A stretch of DNA of 64,000 bases from the IMG/VR virus record IMGVR_UViG_3300032242_002717, positions 23,402 through 87,401 of that record. One strand, 5' to 3'. Made by a program: the position numbers and the translations under genes. The DNA comes from a virus. This document shows positions 28,124 to 37,197 of this stretch, piece by piece; the stretch's first letter is position 1; every line of letters begins with the position of its first letter. The notes beneath the pieces are model-generated. The model was given only the letters and a program-made list of their open reading frames with translations, searched no databases and was not told the origin of the DNA.

Positions 28124-28923
28124 TAGATTTGCTCATCCTGTTCTTCCCACAAGAAAGCCAAGGCTTCTTCTTTGGTCAAGAAAAAACTGACACCTGGACC
28201 TTCGTCGCTCTTGTCTTCCGAGAACTCTTCGCTCGAAATACAATCTCCCGGCTTGAATTGCTTCCCGTCCGTCAGGCGCTCGTAAACTGCCTCCCCTGGG
28301 TTCGACGGAGACAGAAGGACTTCTGAGGCTCGGCACCATCTAAATGGCCCGTTGGTGCGTTTAGCGTAGTCAGGAACAACGATCAGGCCGACCACTCCGT
28401 TTCTGAACGCCTTGAAGGCAACGAAAGATCCAGATTGAGGGACGATAGACTGAGACGCGATGGCTACCTCAATTCCTCGGCATTCGTCAGCGTGGCTGTT
28501 CGCAGTAGAGCATCCTGACATGATAGCCTTAAAAAAATCAGATCTTACAAAAACAGACTCAGACCACGACGACATGGAGAAGTCGGCAAACCCGAACTGA
28601 GAGTCAAAGACCATGCCGTTTATCTGAGAGTATCCAAAATCTGCACCGTAGAACTTGGTGTTTTTGATGAGTGTATCGGACAGGTCAGCGAAAAGAAAAA
28701 GCGAGTCAGAGAAGTCGCACCCTATGAAGGTCGATCCAGTAAAGTCGGCATGACAAAAGTCTGACCTTTTAAGATCGGCTTTATACAGCTTCGAGCCTCT
28801 CAAGTTTGCGTAGGAAAGGCTAATACCTCTCTCGGTCGCCATCTCCAGGGCTTCACGTCTTGTATTTGCTTCAGGAATCTCGCAGATGCATGTTCCATGC
28901 ACGCTCATAATTGTGATGGCCAT
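28123..28923 (-). CDS. pentapeptide-repeat protein with C-terminal phage domain
   Basis: ANLRG SKLYK ADLKR SDFCH ADFTG repeats; C-terminal AFKA...CRAS...GVSFFLTKEEA. Confidence 0.8.
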   Translation of the reverse strand: MAITIMSVHGTCICEIPEANTRREALEMATERGISLSYANLRGSKLYKADLKRSDFCHADFTGSTFIGCDFSDSLFLFADLSDTLIKNTKFYGADFGYSQINGMVFDSQFGFADFSMSSWSESVFVRSDFFKAIMSGCSTANSHADECRGIEVAIASQSIVPQSGSFVAFKAFRNGVVGLIVVPDYAKRTNGPFRWCRASEVLLSPSNPGEAVYERLTDGKQFKPGDCISSEEFSEDKSDEGPGVSFFLTKEEALAFLWEEQDEQI

Positions 28924-28942
28924 GATTTGACCTTTCTTTTTG

Positions 28943-28958
28943 GTCTCCGCGCGGAGAC
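28943..28958. promoter_or_regulatory. 16-bp palindrome GTCTCCGCGCGGAGAC upstream of the pentapeptide gene
   Basis: Identical to 12927-12942; lies in a divergent intergenic region. Confidence 0.6.
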
Positions 28959-29032
28959 AAGTCTTCTCTTGTGCCGACACATTCTAGGTTTGCTCTCGTT
29001 GCCTGGCAACCTTATGGCAACTAGAATACGGC

Positions 29033-29839
29033 ATGGCAACCACTTGCTTAAAGAAGGTCATCAATTCAGGCAGGCCGGGAGCTTGCCAAGAGGTGATTGT
29101 TGCTGCGCGTCGGTATGGACTAGAGACGGGGGGATGGAGTCGTCCCTTTTTTTGGAATGGGCATTGGGGTGCTGTCTGGCTGAGAGCATACGGACTGAAG
29201 GAACTCCAAAGAGGCCCAGGCAAAATGTTTTTTCGAGTGCCTTTTGCCAACGTAAGGGATTCGGATGGGACCGCATGGTTTGGCAGCGTTAAGAATGATG
29301 GTTGCGTCAGAGTAAGAGAGGCGATACATCGTTTTCGCAGGCCGATTATGTTTGTGACTCAGTCAAAGAAAATTGGAGATGATCCCAAAAGGATGGCCGA
29401 TTGGATAGAAAAAAATGCAATCGAGGTTCTGAACGTCGAGTCTTACGCCGGTACTGACATGGGTCTGGGCATGCCTTACTTCGCAAAAAGGTTTATGGTC
29501 AAGGTTTTTCTGGAGCTTGGGCTGAAGGCGTTGCAGGTAGAACATGATTTTTGGACTCCAACTCACTTCTTGCATAGCGAGTGCTGGTGCAATTACGGCC
29601 CCCAGCGCAATCTTAATAACAATGTTCATCATAAAATTGAATTTTTGACTTTGGACGTTTCGAGTTATGAGAAACTCAAATCCCTAAATCATTTTCAGCG
29701 TTCACACTCTTGTCATTCAAGTGACGAAATCGTTGATTTCAAAGAAGTTCCAGAATATCCCTCAATGCCTTTCGTGAGGCATTGGGGCGTGTACAAAGAA
29801 GGTCGAATGGGCATCCAAGCAATCGAGTGGATCAAATGA
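29033..29839 (+). CDS. SLOG-family (putative molybdenum carrier/YpsA-like) protein, degenerate
   Basis: KKVINSG..GA...AAR..GLETGGW, YGLKE, NVRDSDGT, IEVLNV. Confidence 0.7.
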   Translation: MATTCLKKVINSGRPGACQEVIVAARRYGLETGGWSRPFFWNGHWGAVWLRAYGLKELQRGPGKMFFRVPFANVRDSDGTAWFGSVKNDGCVRVREAIHRFRRPIMFVTQSKKIGDDPKRMADWIEKNAIEVLNVESYAGTDMGLGMPYFAKRFMVKVFLELGLKALQVEHDFWTPTHFLHSECWCNYGPQRNLNNNVHHKIEFLTLDVSSYEKLKSLNHFQRSHSCHSSDEIVDFKEVPEYPSMPFVRHWGVYKEGRMGIQAIEWIK

Positions 29840-30510
29840 AAAATGCTTCTGCGGTCGCTGTTAGTCTTACTGCAAATATCTTCCCGATTGTATCCAGATG
29901 CACGCGCGTCGATTCCGATGACAAGAGCGACGAAAAGACCAAAACGGAAATTGTTGCGGTCAGGCTGTTTGATGGCGAACCTGCGGAAGAAATCGTCCTT
30001 TCAGAAGTTTCTGACGATGTTGCAATGGCGTGCCTTTCCTTGCATCATCAATTTGAACTGAAGTGCCTTCGTGACATCGACCTTAATCTTGGTCGAGCGA
30101 TCCCTAAAGACGGCAATACTTTTTGGGATGTCTTACGCGAAGTTGTCGATGATAACCCTTTAATTGACACTGTGATTTTGCCAGCGACGTTCCTTAGTAT
30201 TTATCCTCGCTCGCTAGTTACTCAAACTGAAAATAAGACTCTTATGGGCGAGGAGGTCTTGTATTTCAGATCTGCCGAATTTCCAGAGCTATTTTTTTCT
30301 ATCGACGCAGCACTTAGCGGACAAGCAATATGTATGGTTTCTAGTGATTTTCGGATCAAGATAATTTGCTGCGAGACACTTCTGGACGATGCTTGTTTTA
30401 TGTCGGCTTGGATCGAAATTGCAAGTGTGCAAAGTGGGATCGTCATAATGATTCCAGAAGATCCGGGCAGCATATGGGGTGAAGAAAAGGAGTCAGCCGA
30501 TGACGAGTGA
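29836..30510 (+). CDS. hypothetical protein
   Basis: ATGA overlap with the upstream gene. Confidence 0.55.
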   Translation: MKNASAVAVSLTANIFPIVSRCTRVDSDDKSDEKTKTEIVAVRLFDGEPAEEIVLSEVSDDVAMACLSLHHQFELKCLRDIDLNLGRAIPKDGNTFWDVLREVVDDNPLIDTVILPATFLSIYPRSLVTQTENKTLMGEEVLYFRSAEFPELFFSIDAALSGQAICMVSSDFRIKIICCETLLDDACFMSAWIEIASVQSGIVIMIPEDPGSIWGEEKESADDE

Positions 30511-30949
30511 TGTCGTTTCTGATCCTCCCTGGGTTGAATATGCGAGATGGCTGATTCTTAACAAGTACGAATCTGCGTACACTCGTTTTTGCGAAAGAGC
30601 ATGGGCTATCTATCTTTCTCAACCCGAGAAGATAAGATCCCTGGAGTACTCGTATACGCAAGCGTGGATCGAGCTTCGTCTTGTCAGTCCCGAATGCAAT
30701 TATCAACCTCAAGGCGTTGCAAGCAACTCACACGAAAACATACGGCCAGGCAAGCCAACTTTTGGATACACGAAATCTGGTCATTTGATAAGTATAGAAG
30801 AAGGGAGGAGCGAGTCAGATCAAGAATCTGATCCGGTTTTGATGGTCAGTGGAGAAGGATGGCTTTTTTGGGATGCGTGCAAGAAACATGACATCCTTGT
30901 GAAAAAATCAGCAAGGTCAAAAGTCAAACAGAAGTCGGTTTATTCTTAA
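30500..30949 (+). CDS. hypothetical protein
   Basis: AAGGAG SD before ATG 30500. Confidence 0.6.
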   Translation: MTSDVVSDPPWVEYARWLILNKYESAYTRFCERAWAIYLSQPEKIRSLEYSYTQAWIELRLVSPECNYQPQGVASNSHENIRPGKPTFGYTKSGHLISIEEGRSESDQESDPVLMVSGEGWLFWDACKKHDILVKKSARSKVKQKSVYS

Positions 30950-30959
30950 GGAGCATGAA

Positions 30960-31121
30960 ATGCCAAGCAAGAGCAAGAAGCAGCACGACATGATGGAAGG
31001 CGCATCTCACGACAAGAAATACGCCAAAGAGATGGGAGTTCCTCAGAAGGTCGCCAAAGACTACACCGATGCCGACAAAAAGTCTGGCAAGTACAAATCA
31101 AAGAAAAACAAGTCCAAGTGA
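30960..31121 (+). CDS. 53-aa Lys-rich small phage protein (absent from ORF track)
   Basis: AAGGAG SD; MPSKSKKQHDMMEGASHDKKYAKEMGVPQKVAKDYTDADKKSGKYKSKKNKSK. Confidence 0.7.
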   Translation: MPSKSKKQHDMMEGASHDKKYAKEMGVPQKVAKDYTDADKKSGKYKSKKNKSK

Positions 31122-31138
31122 AGTCAACAGGAGTTTAA

Positions 31139-31636
31139 ATGCTTAAGCTTTATGAGATTCCTGAAGAATATAGAAAGCTCATGGCTCAGGTGGACGAGGC
31201 CAACGGCGAGCTAACTTCAGAGATGGAAGAATCGCTCAATGCAATTGAGGCGAACATTGAAGCCAAGGTTGACGGTGTCGTCACGCTGATAAAGGAAGCT
31301 GAAGGGGAATCTGCTTCATTCGCTGCCGAAATCAAGAGACTGCAAGAGCGAAAAAAGGCTTGCGACAACAGAGCCAAAAACCTGGCTTCCTATGTGATCA
31401 AAACCATGGATCAGATAGGCATGGACAAGGTCAAGACAACACGCTTCACAGTCGCTCCTCAATTCGCAGGCAGGCCGTCCATTTCTTGGACAGGACTACC
31501 GGAAGAGATTCCAGATGAGTTCAAGCGAACAAAGCACGAACTTGATGGCAATGCCGCTTTTGAAGCGTGGAAACTAGGCGTTCTGAATTCAGAGCGTTTT
31601 GAAGTTCAAAAAAGCCGATTCCTATCAATCCGATAG
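31139..31636 (+). CDS. siphovirus Gp157-family protein
   Basis: MLKLYEI start, IEAKVDGVVTLIK, EIKRLQERKK, IPDEF, SIR end. Confidence 0.85.
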   Translation: MLKLYEIPEEYRKLMAQVDEANGELTSEMEESLNAIEANIEAKVDGVVTLIKEAEGESASFAAEIKRLQERKKACDNRAKNLASYVIKTMDQIGMDKVKTTRFTVAPQFAGRPSISWTGLPEEIPDEFKRTKHELDGNAAFEAWKLGVLNSERFEVQKSRFLSIR

Positions 31637-31644
31637 GATTTATC

Positions 31645-31863
31645 ATGCCAAGCCTAGAATTCAATAAAACGCTGCAAGAAATTGCGTTTTCCTACGATCA
31701 AATCCTCAATGCAATCGATATGCTTGCCGTTCGGCCCGTCTGTCGAGGTTGTGGCACTGACATACTTCCGACAATCGAGGCTGCGAGGTCGGCTATAGAC
31801 AAGTTCTTGTCAACACCAAATCCTTGCGATAGTCCTGGGATGTGTCCAAGAAGACTTTGGTGA
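31645..31863 (+). CDS. hypothetical protein
   Basis: AGGA SD; CRGC motif. Confidence 0.5.
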   Translation: MPSLEFNKTLQEIAFSYDQILNAIDMLAVRPVCRGCGTDILPTIEAARSAIDKFLSTPNPCDSPGMCPRRLW

Positions 31864-31889
31864 GAACTTGGGATTGACAAACAGGTAAA

Positions 31890-31929
31890 CACTAACGGCC
31901 ACTCTGGTTTCCCAGAGTGGCCGTTAGTG
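31890..31929. terminator. perfect 18-bp hairpin between convergent operons
   Basis: CACTAACGGCCACTCTGG-tttc-CCAGAGTGGCCGTTAGTG. Confidence 0.6.
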
Positions 31930-32020
31930 CCACCACAAACAAGAGACTGCTTGCACAATGTATTGCGAGGCGGAATCCGTTCCGCCTTCAACATAATCAT
32001 AGGCAGTAGTGTACGGATGG

Positions 32021-33112
32021 TCAAGACTGTCTATCAATTGCAACTTTGCACGCAAGGTCCAAGTCAGGCTCCGGCTTTGCGTAATTCAAGGTCGTGGTAA
32101 CGTCGGAATGGCCCAACACGGCCCTGGCGGCATCGACGCCATATTTCCTCCTGATCTCTGTCGCGGCCAGGTGACGAAGGGCATGCGGCGACCAGATTGG
32201 GATCTTGTTTTTTTGGCATGCAAACCTGATGACTCCGCGATAATTTTCAGGCGTGTATTTTGTCCTGTACTGGTTCTGAAAGATCTCCTGACTGTCAAGT
32301 CGCATGGGAAGGTATTTGCTTATTATGGCTTTTGCCTTTTCTCCTAGAGCGACTTTCCTGATTTTATTTCGATGGGAAGTTTTGTTGAATTCGGGCGGGA
32401 CAACGTACACCCAGATTTCGTTTGAGCGGTCAATGTCTTGAGGTCGCATCGCGCAAATCTCACACGACCTCATGCCGGTCATGATCTGAAGATCGATCAT
32501 GTCTTTGACTCTTTCGCAGGTATACTCGCGTACAGTCTGAATGTCTTCTGAAGGCGGAGGTTTTCTTTCTGGCCTGTCTGGAGCTTTTGACCTTCCAATT
32601 CTTTGGGTATCAACAATTTTTGATTTCATCCATGCGTCAACCTGGCAATAACCTCTGACTCCGGCCCAACGCAAGAACACCGTAGTTATCCTGTGCCTAT
32701 CATTTACTGAACGCCTGACCAGTCCATCGTTGATCCACTTTTCAATGAGCATCAGAAGACTTTTGGGTTGAAACTGATCCATCGGCAGTGAGCCAAATAG
32801 CTCAACAAGATCCTCAAGTGCCGCCTTGATGTTTTTGACCTGCGAGGTCGGCTTTCCTCTCTTCACATAGTAGATGGAGCAATAGTCCAGGTATTGCTTG
32901 ACAGTCCATTCAATCGTCGACTTTGTGTCCGATGATTCATAGACGGTTGTTCGTCCTTTGGCTTCCCACTGGCCAATCAGTTCCCCGTATTTTTGTTTGG
33001 CCGCTTTGAGATCGTGGCCGAGGTAATGGTCAAATCCCGAAAGCCGAACAACATACTGTCCGCTAGCATGCGTTCTCAACATCGGTATTTTGTTTTTAGT
33101 AAGCCGAGGCAT
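32021..33112 (-). CDS. int: tyrosine integrase
   Basis: TGMRSCEI (R), KT (K), HALRH (HxxR), LGHSD..TT..Y; arm-binding N-terminus HASGQYVVRLSG.DHYLG. Confidence 0.92.
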   Translation of the reverse strand: MPRLTKNKIPMLRTHASGQYVVRLSGFDHYLGHDLKAAKQKYGELIGQWEAKGRTTVYESSDTKSTIEWTVKQYLDYCSIYYVKRGKPTSQVKNIKAALEDLVELFGSLPMDQFQPKSLLMLIEKWINDGLVRRSVNDRHRITTVFLRWAGVRGYCQVDAWMKSKIVDTQRIGRSKAPDRPERKPPPSEDIQTVREYTCERVKDMIDLQIMTGMRSCEICAMRPQDIDRSNEIWVYVVPPEFNKTSHRNKIRKVALGEKAKAIISKYLPMRLDSQEIFQNQYRTKYTPENYRGVIRFACQKNKIPIWSPHALRHLAATEIRRKYGVDAARAVLGHSDVTTTLNYAKPEPDLDLACKVAIDRQS

Positions 33113-33139
33113 GGCGTTCTCCCCAAAAATAGTAAGTAC

Positions 33140-33310
33140 CATTTTCAGGTTCATTGTAAACGCCTTTATTTAAGAGTCAAACACAATATGTTTGGCTCAT
33201 AGTTTCAGATTCATGTAAAAGACGCAAGGCATTGCATTGCAATAACTTGCGTCTTTGCATGTACGAACGAATACTATTTTTATAGTGGTCACAACGTGGT
33301 AATTTACTAT
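33140..33310. other. candidate attP / integrase arm-site region
   Basis: AT-rich noncoding DNA next to int; inverted repeat AAAGACGCAAG (33218-33228) / CTTGCGTCTTT (33246-33256); imperfect direct repeat TTTCAG(G/A)TTCAT(T)GTAAA. Confidence 0.4.
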
Positions 33311-33417
33311 TTTTATTATGGCAACATCTTGATCATTACTTTAAAAGTGGTATTTACTTTTTTGAGCCGACAAACAAAGATTTGACATCGTTCCGAGCCT
33401 GTTTTATTGAGAACAAC

Positions 33418-33666
33418 ATGGAAAACGAACAAAAGCTCAAAGTTCCTGTAAAGCTTGAATCTTTGAGGCAGGTATCCGTGCGAGTTGGGAAAAACTTGGC
33501 TCCTGAAACGGCACGGAGGTCATGGCATCTTCGTCTCAGTGATGGGCAGATTGTTGAACTGAGCATCGTCTTCGCAAGGCGAAGCGTTTGGTTCAATCGA
33601 GTTCTCGATAGAGACTGGACTACCTGGGGCGTTGGGCCTTTTGTGATTGCGTTTCGACTCAGGTAA
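33418..33666 (+). CDS. hypothetical protein convergent on repressor 1
   Basis: 82-aa ORF overlapping the repressor 3' end on the opposite strand. Confidence 0.45.
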   Translation: MENEQKLKVPVKLESLRQVSVRVGKNLAPETARRSWHLRLSDGQIVELSIVFARRSVWFNRVLDRDWTTWGVGPFVIAFRLR

Positions 33667-34044
33667 ATTTTTCTCAAGGTGGGTTTCGTCTCTAGATCGG
33701 ATGACCTTTGCAACCTCGCTTTTCTTGGTTTGCGTTGTCTCGGAATTGAGAAGTATTCTCAAAGATTCTCGTTCGCCGATTCGCTCGATTTCAATATTGA
33801 GTGTTTGCCGAATTGCAGACGCTCCCTCGACCGGCAAAGAGTCGTTCAGAACAAAACCGACATCAAGATCCGCTAGAGAGCATAGTGTCAGAAGCGTGTC
33901 ATAGTCTGGCTGATTAGCTCCACTGAGCCATTTGCTAACCGCGCCATGCGAACACCCCAAATGCTTCGCAATAAATTGCAGCGATATGTTTTTGAGAAGA
34001 ATCGCTCTCTTAATCTTGGCGTGCCAGAGATTGGTTGTTGTCAT
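33520..34044 (-). CDS. XRE/Cro-CI family HTH repressor 1
   Basis: ISLQFIAKHLGCSHGAVSKWLSGANQPD. Confidence 0.8.
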   Translation of the reverse strand: MTTTNLWHAKIKRAILLKNISLQFIAKHLGCSHGAVSKWLSGANQPDYDTLLTLCSLADLDVGFVLNDSLPVEGASAIRQTLNIEIERIGERESLRILLNSETTQTKKSEVAKVIRSRDETHLEKNLPESKRNHKRPNAPGSPVSIENSIEPNASPCEDDAQFNNLPITETKMP

Positions 34045-34171
34045 TTCTCGTTCTATTGACCGTTACTTGGGTCTAAATGTTGATTTCCAAAAAGTACTTG
34101 ATTGTCCTTTAATGGAACGATATTCTTTTTCTCATCAGGATGAGTGCCGACAGGTTCACCGAGGTGGCTCA

Positions 34172-34393
34172 ATGAAAATTGTCAAACCGGATCACACAAA
34201 TAATAGGGAACGAGTCAAAATAAGGATTTCAGAAGACGCATATCTTTTAGCCACAATAAGCGAAACCAGACACCTGGATAAATCTCAAATGTCTGGTTTT
34301 ATAATCTCTGGAAGATTTGCGATAGGCGAGATGGAATTGGTTTCGGCTCAAGAAGAACGTCGAGACACTTTGTCTCTGCGTTTGTTTTCGTAG
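34172..34393 (+). CDS. hypothetical protein convergent on repressor 2
   Basis: GAGGT SD before ATG 34172. Confidence 0.45.
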   Translation: MKIVKPDHTNNRERVKIRISEDAYLLATISETRHLDKSQMSGFIISGRFAIGEMELVSAQEERRDTLSLRLFS

Positions 34394-34809
34394 GGATCAA
34401 TCGGTCCAGGCTGGACTGCCAGACCGACCAGCCGTTTCATCGCAGTAGATAGTTCTGAGGGATCGTCGTCCGAGGAGGACACGGCGCGGGCCACCATCAA
34501 TAGACGCTCCTCGACTTCAGATAACTGAGGCTTCAGCTCTTCGCCTTTGGCTGGCGGCAACAGTCCAGGTCCGTTAATCAGCCAGTCGACGGTCGTGTTC
34601 ATCCCCGCCGCAAGCCTATCGACAACATTTAGACTGACCAGAAATTTTGGATTGGTTCCGACGATTGCAGATATTCGCTCTTTGCCAAGACCGCAGAGTT
34701 GAGCGAAATCGATTTGTTTAATTTTTTTCTGTTTGAGGTATTCTCGGCACACGTCCCTGATTCTGGACCTGTATGCGTCCATGTAAGGATCTTCTGACCG
34801 AAACGTCAT
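34348..34809 (-). CDS. XRE/Cro-CI family HTH repressor 2
   Basis: IKQIDFAQLCGLGKERIS...LAAGMNTTVDWLINGPG. Confidence 0.8.
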   Translation of the reverse strand: MTFRSEDPYMDAYRSRIRDVCREYLKQKKIKQIDFAQLCGLGKERISAIVGTNPKFLVSLNVVDRLAAGMNTTVDWLINGPGLLPPAKGEELKPQLSEVEERLLMVARAVSSSDDDPSELSTAMKRLVGLAVQPGPIDPYENKRRDKVSRRSS

Positions 34810-34825
34810 TTGCTTTTTCCTAAAC

Positions 34826-34854
34826 TTGACCTCTAGTCAAAGTGTTGCCACAAT
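34826..34854 (+). promoter_or_regulatory. rightward sigma70-type promoter with overlapping palindrome
   Basis: TTGACC-17 nt-CACAAT; TTGAC-ctcta-GTCAA inverted repeat over the -35 element. Confidence 0.45.
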
Positions 34855-34886
34855 GTTGCGGACACCTTGCCACGGAGCGAGATGCT

Positions 34887-35081
34887 ATGGACGAGACAAA
34901 GTACACGTTTACCCAGGCTGCCAGCGAAATCGGTGTTGACCGAAGGTTTTTTGGGGCATTGGTCAATGCGGCCAAAATTCCCCACGAAGACCTTGGGACT
35001 CTGAAGTTAATTGGGAAAGCCCAATTGCAGAGAATCCGCACCGTATTGCTTATGTTGTCGGCAGAAGGGAATCACAACTGA
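34887..35081 (+). CDS. Cro/excisionase-like small HTH protein
   Basis: YTFTQAASEIGVDRR; divergent from repressor 2; GGAG SD. Confidence 0.6.
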   Translation: MDETKYTFTQAASEIGVDRRFFGALVNAAKIPHEDLGTLKLIGKAQLQRIRTVLLMLSAEGNHN

Positions 35082-35187
35082 AACGTAGTACACAGGTTGC
35101 ACTTGGCAACTTTGTGCAAATTTATTGCAAACGGCTCTTGGTGTCAAACTGTCCGTTTGTTCATTTCACTCAGATGGAGATGATCTT

Positions 35188-36228
35188 TTGGCCACTAAAT
35201 TTGACAAGGTTTTTCAGGCATTAAGTGAACCTTTCTCTCCAGACCAGATCAAGTATCGTCCCATATTCAGCAAAGGCCAGCGGGCCATGGACGCTGCGTA
35301 TGTCGATGCTAGGAGCTACGAGAACCGGCTGGACCTTGTGTTGGGTCCAGAGAATTGGTGGACCTCGTTTGAGATCCATGAGCGCGGTGTGATCTGCAAG
35401 TTTACGATGCAGCTTGATCAGTCAACCGTAGTGCAAAAAAGTGGATTCGGAGAATACACGGCTGTCGCATCTTGGAAGGGGGCCAGCACTGATGCGTTCA
35501 AACGCGCGGTAAGTCACGCTACCGGCCTTGGTCGGCATCTATACGATCAGGGGATCGTTGATTATGAGGCGGGCGGCATCTGGTATGAAGACGATCAGAA
35601 CCAGCAGCAAGGTCCACCGCCATCGCGTCATGAGTACGCAGAAAATCAAAAATCGAGTCATTCTCCTGCTCCATCCTCGTCAAGTCCCCAGTCGCGTTCT
35701 GCTCAGTCAGGCAACGATAGGCATCCAGACTACGGAAACCTGCCCTCTGCTGGCGGTCCTCTGTTTGGGTGGTGCAAAGACATGAACGCAAAATTCAATT
35801 GCGATCTAACAAAATACATTTCTACTCAAGGCCAGGTGGCTGGCTACCCGCGCAAATGGGGCGAGTGGAATTCCGAGCAAGTCGGAAGTATGGTGAAATT
35901 GGCATGTGCAAAGCTTGATGAGTTGAGGGGTGTCGAGCCAGATTATCAGTCTAAGGTTTCGCCCAACACTCAGTTAAATACTCCATCTACGCAAAAAGCC
36001 GAAGAGTTTGCATTGAAAGCGCAGAAGGATCGTCTGAGGTCAGTCATCAATGAGTGGGCAAGGATGAGAGGGGTCGCTACCAAGGAAGGATGTCTTGCCC
36101 TTATGGACGAGACCGGAAAGGCTTGCGGTCGAATGATTGACAGCCTTGATTCCGAGACAGATTCTGCACTGCTTGCCAAGTACATCGAGTACGCAACACT
36201 TCAAGCAACTGAGGCACCACCCTTCTGA
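35188..36228 (+). CDS. Rad52/Rad22-family single-strand annealing protein
   Basis: ALSEPF, AYVDAR...RLDLVLGPENW, KGASTDAFKRA, GLGRHLY; GGAG before TTG 35188. Confidence 0.85.
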   Translation: MATKFDKVFQALSEPFSPDQIKYRPIFSKGQRAMDAAYVDARSYENRLDLVLGPENWWTSFEIHERGVICKFTMQLDQSTVVQKSGFGEYTAVASWKGASTDAFKRAVSHATGLGRHLYDQGIVDYEAGGIWYEDDQNQQQGPPPSRHEYAENQKSSHSPAPSSSSPQSRSAQSGNDRHPDYGNLPSAGGPLFGWCKDMNAKFNCDLTKYISTQGQVAGYPRKWGEWNSEQVGSMVKLACAKLDELRGVEPDYQSKVSPNTQLNTPSTQKAEEFALKAQKDRLRSVINEWARMRGVATKEGCLALMDETGKACGRMIDSLDSETDSALLAKYIEYATLQATEAPPF

Positions 36229-36240
36229 CGAGGAAGCACG

Positions 36241-37197
36241 ATGCTATCAATTGAAGATTGTGTCAGCAGTGCTGACACAATCAGATCTCTTGGCTACAAC
36301 CCAATCGCCTCTTGTCCGGTACACAATCACCCATGCTACGGCTACAAGCAAGACAAACAAGAGGGGCAACCTAAAAGCAAGTTTGATTCGCTTGCGAAAA
36401 GGGCAATGCCTTGCGGCGAAAAGCAAACCAATATTCAGGTAGCAACAGGGCTAGCATGGAAGCTAGTCGTGCTTGACCTGGATGGACCTTCGTCGCTTGC
36501 TATCTGGAAGTATTGGCTTGCCCTGGATGGTCGAATCGACCTATTGACATGGGTTGTCCAGACTCCAAGGGGAGGCCAGCAGTGGTGGTTTCACTGTGAG
36601 GAGTCAGTCCCTTACTCAATAATCTGGAAAGATGAGGAAGGGGGACATTCCTTGATTGAAGTCTTGGGCGAAGACCGACTGGCAAAAATACCGCCAAGCG
36701 TCAAAGAGGTCAACGGAGAGTTTGTTCCATACAAATGGGTGGTTGGTCCTGAAGACACTCCGAGGCCAGCGCAGATGCCTTCATGGTTAATAAGTAAAGC
36801 TATGTCAAGCTTTGCGGCAAAAAAACCTGAAAAGCCTGCATTGTTAGTTCGGAAAGAAGGGCCAATGAAAACATCGAACTTCAGGTATGAGTGGAGGTCG
36901 GTCCTTGACGCAATACCCAGTTCCGAGCGGCTCTCGTTGGCCATGTCTTGGGGATTAAAAACGGCTACAAGTACTGCAAACAGTAGTGGTTTTGTCAAAT
37001 GCCATTCTTTTTGTAGAGAGGACTCTAATCCGAGTGCATATCTAAACTTGAACACTGGGTACTACTCAGATTTTGGGAGCGAAGGGCATAGACTGACGTT
37101 GTTTGAACTTGGCGCGGCACTTGGAGTGTATGCGTCTTGGATGGATGCGGTGAACGACCTGGGACACGTTTACAATGCCGTTGGAGCAAACGCATGA
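36241..37197 (+). CDS. bifunctional primase-polymerase (Prim-Pol) with C-terminal zinc-binding-like domain
   Basis: NIQVATG, LVVLDLD, TWVVQTPRGG, IPPS, YKW; C-terminal CHSFCREDSNPS. Confidence 0.8.
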   Translation: MLSIEDCVSSADTIRSLGYNPIASCPVHNHPCYGYKQDKQEGQPKSKFDSLAKRAMPCGEKQTNIQVATGLAWKLVVLDLDGPSSLAIWKYWLALDGRIDLLTWVVQTPRGGQQWWFHCEESVPYSIIWKDEEGGHSLIEVLGEDRLAKIPPSVKEVNGEFVPYKWVVGPEDTPRPAQMPSWLISKAMSSFAAKKPEKPALLVRKEGPMKTSNFRYEWRSVLDAIPSSERLSLAMSWGLKTATSTANSSGFVKCHSFCREDSNPSAYLNLNTGYYSDFGSEGHRLTLFELGAALGVYASWMDAVNDLGHVYNAVGANA

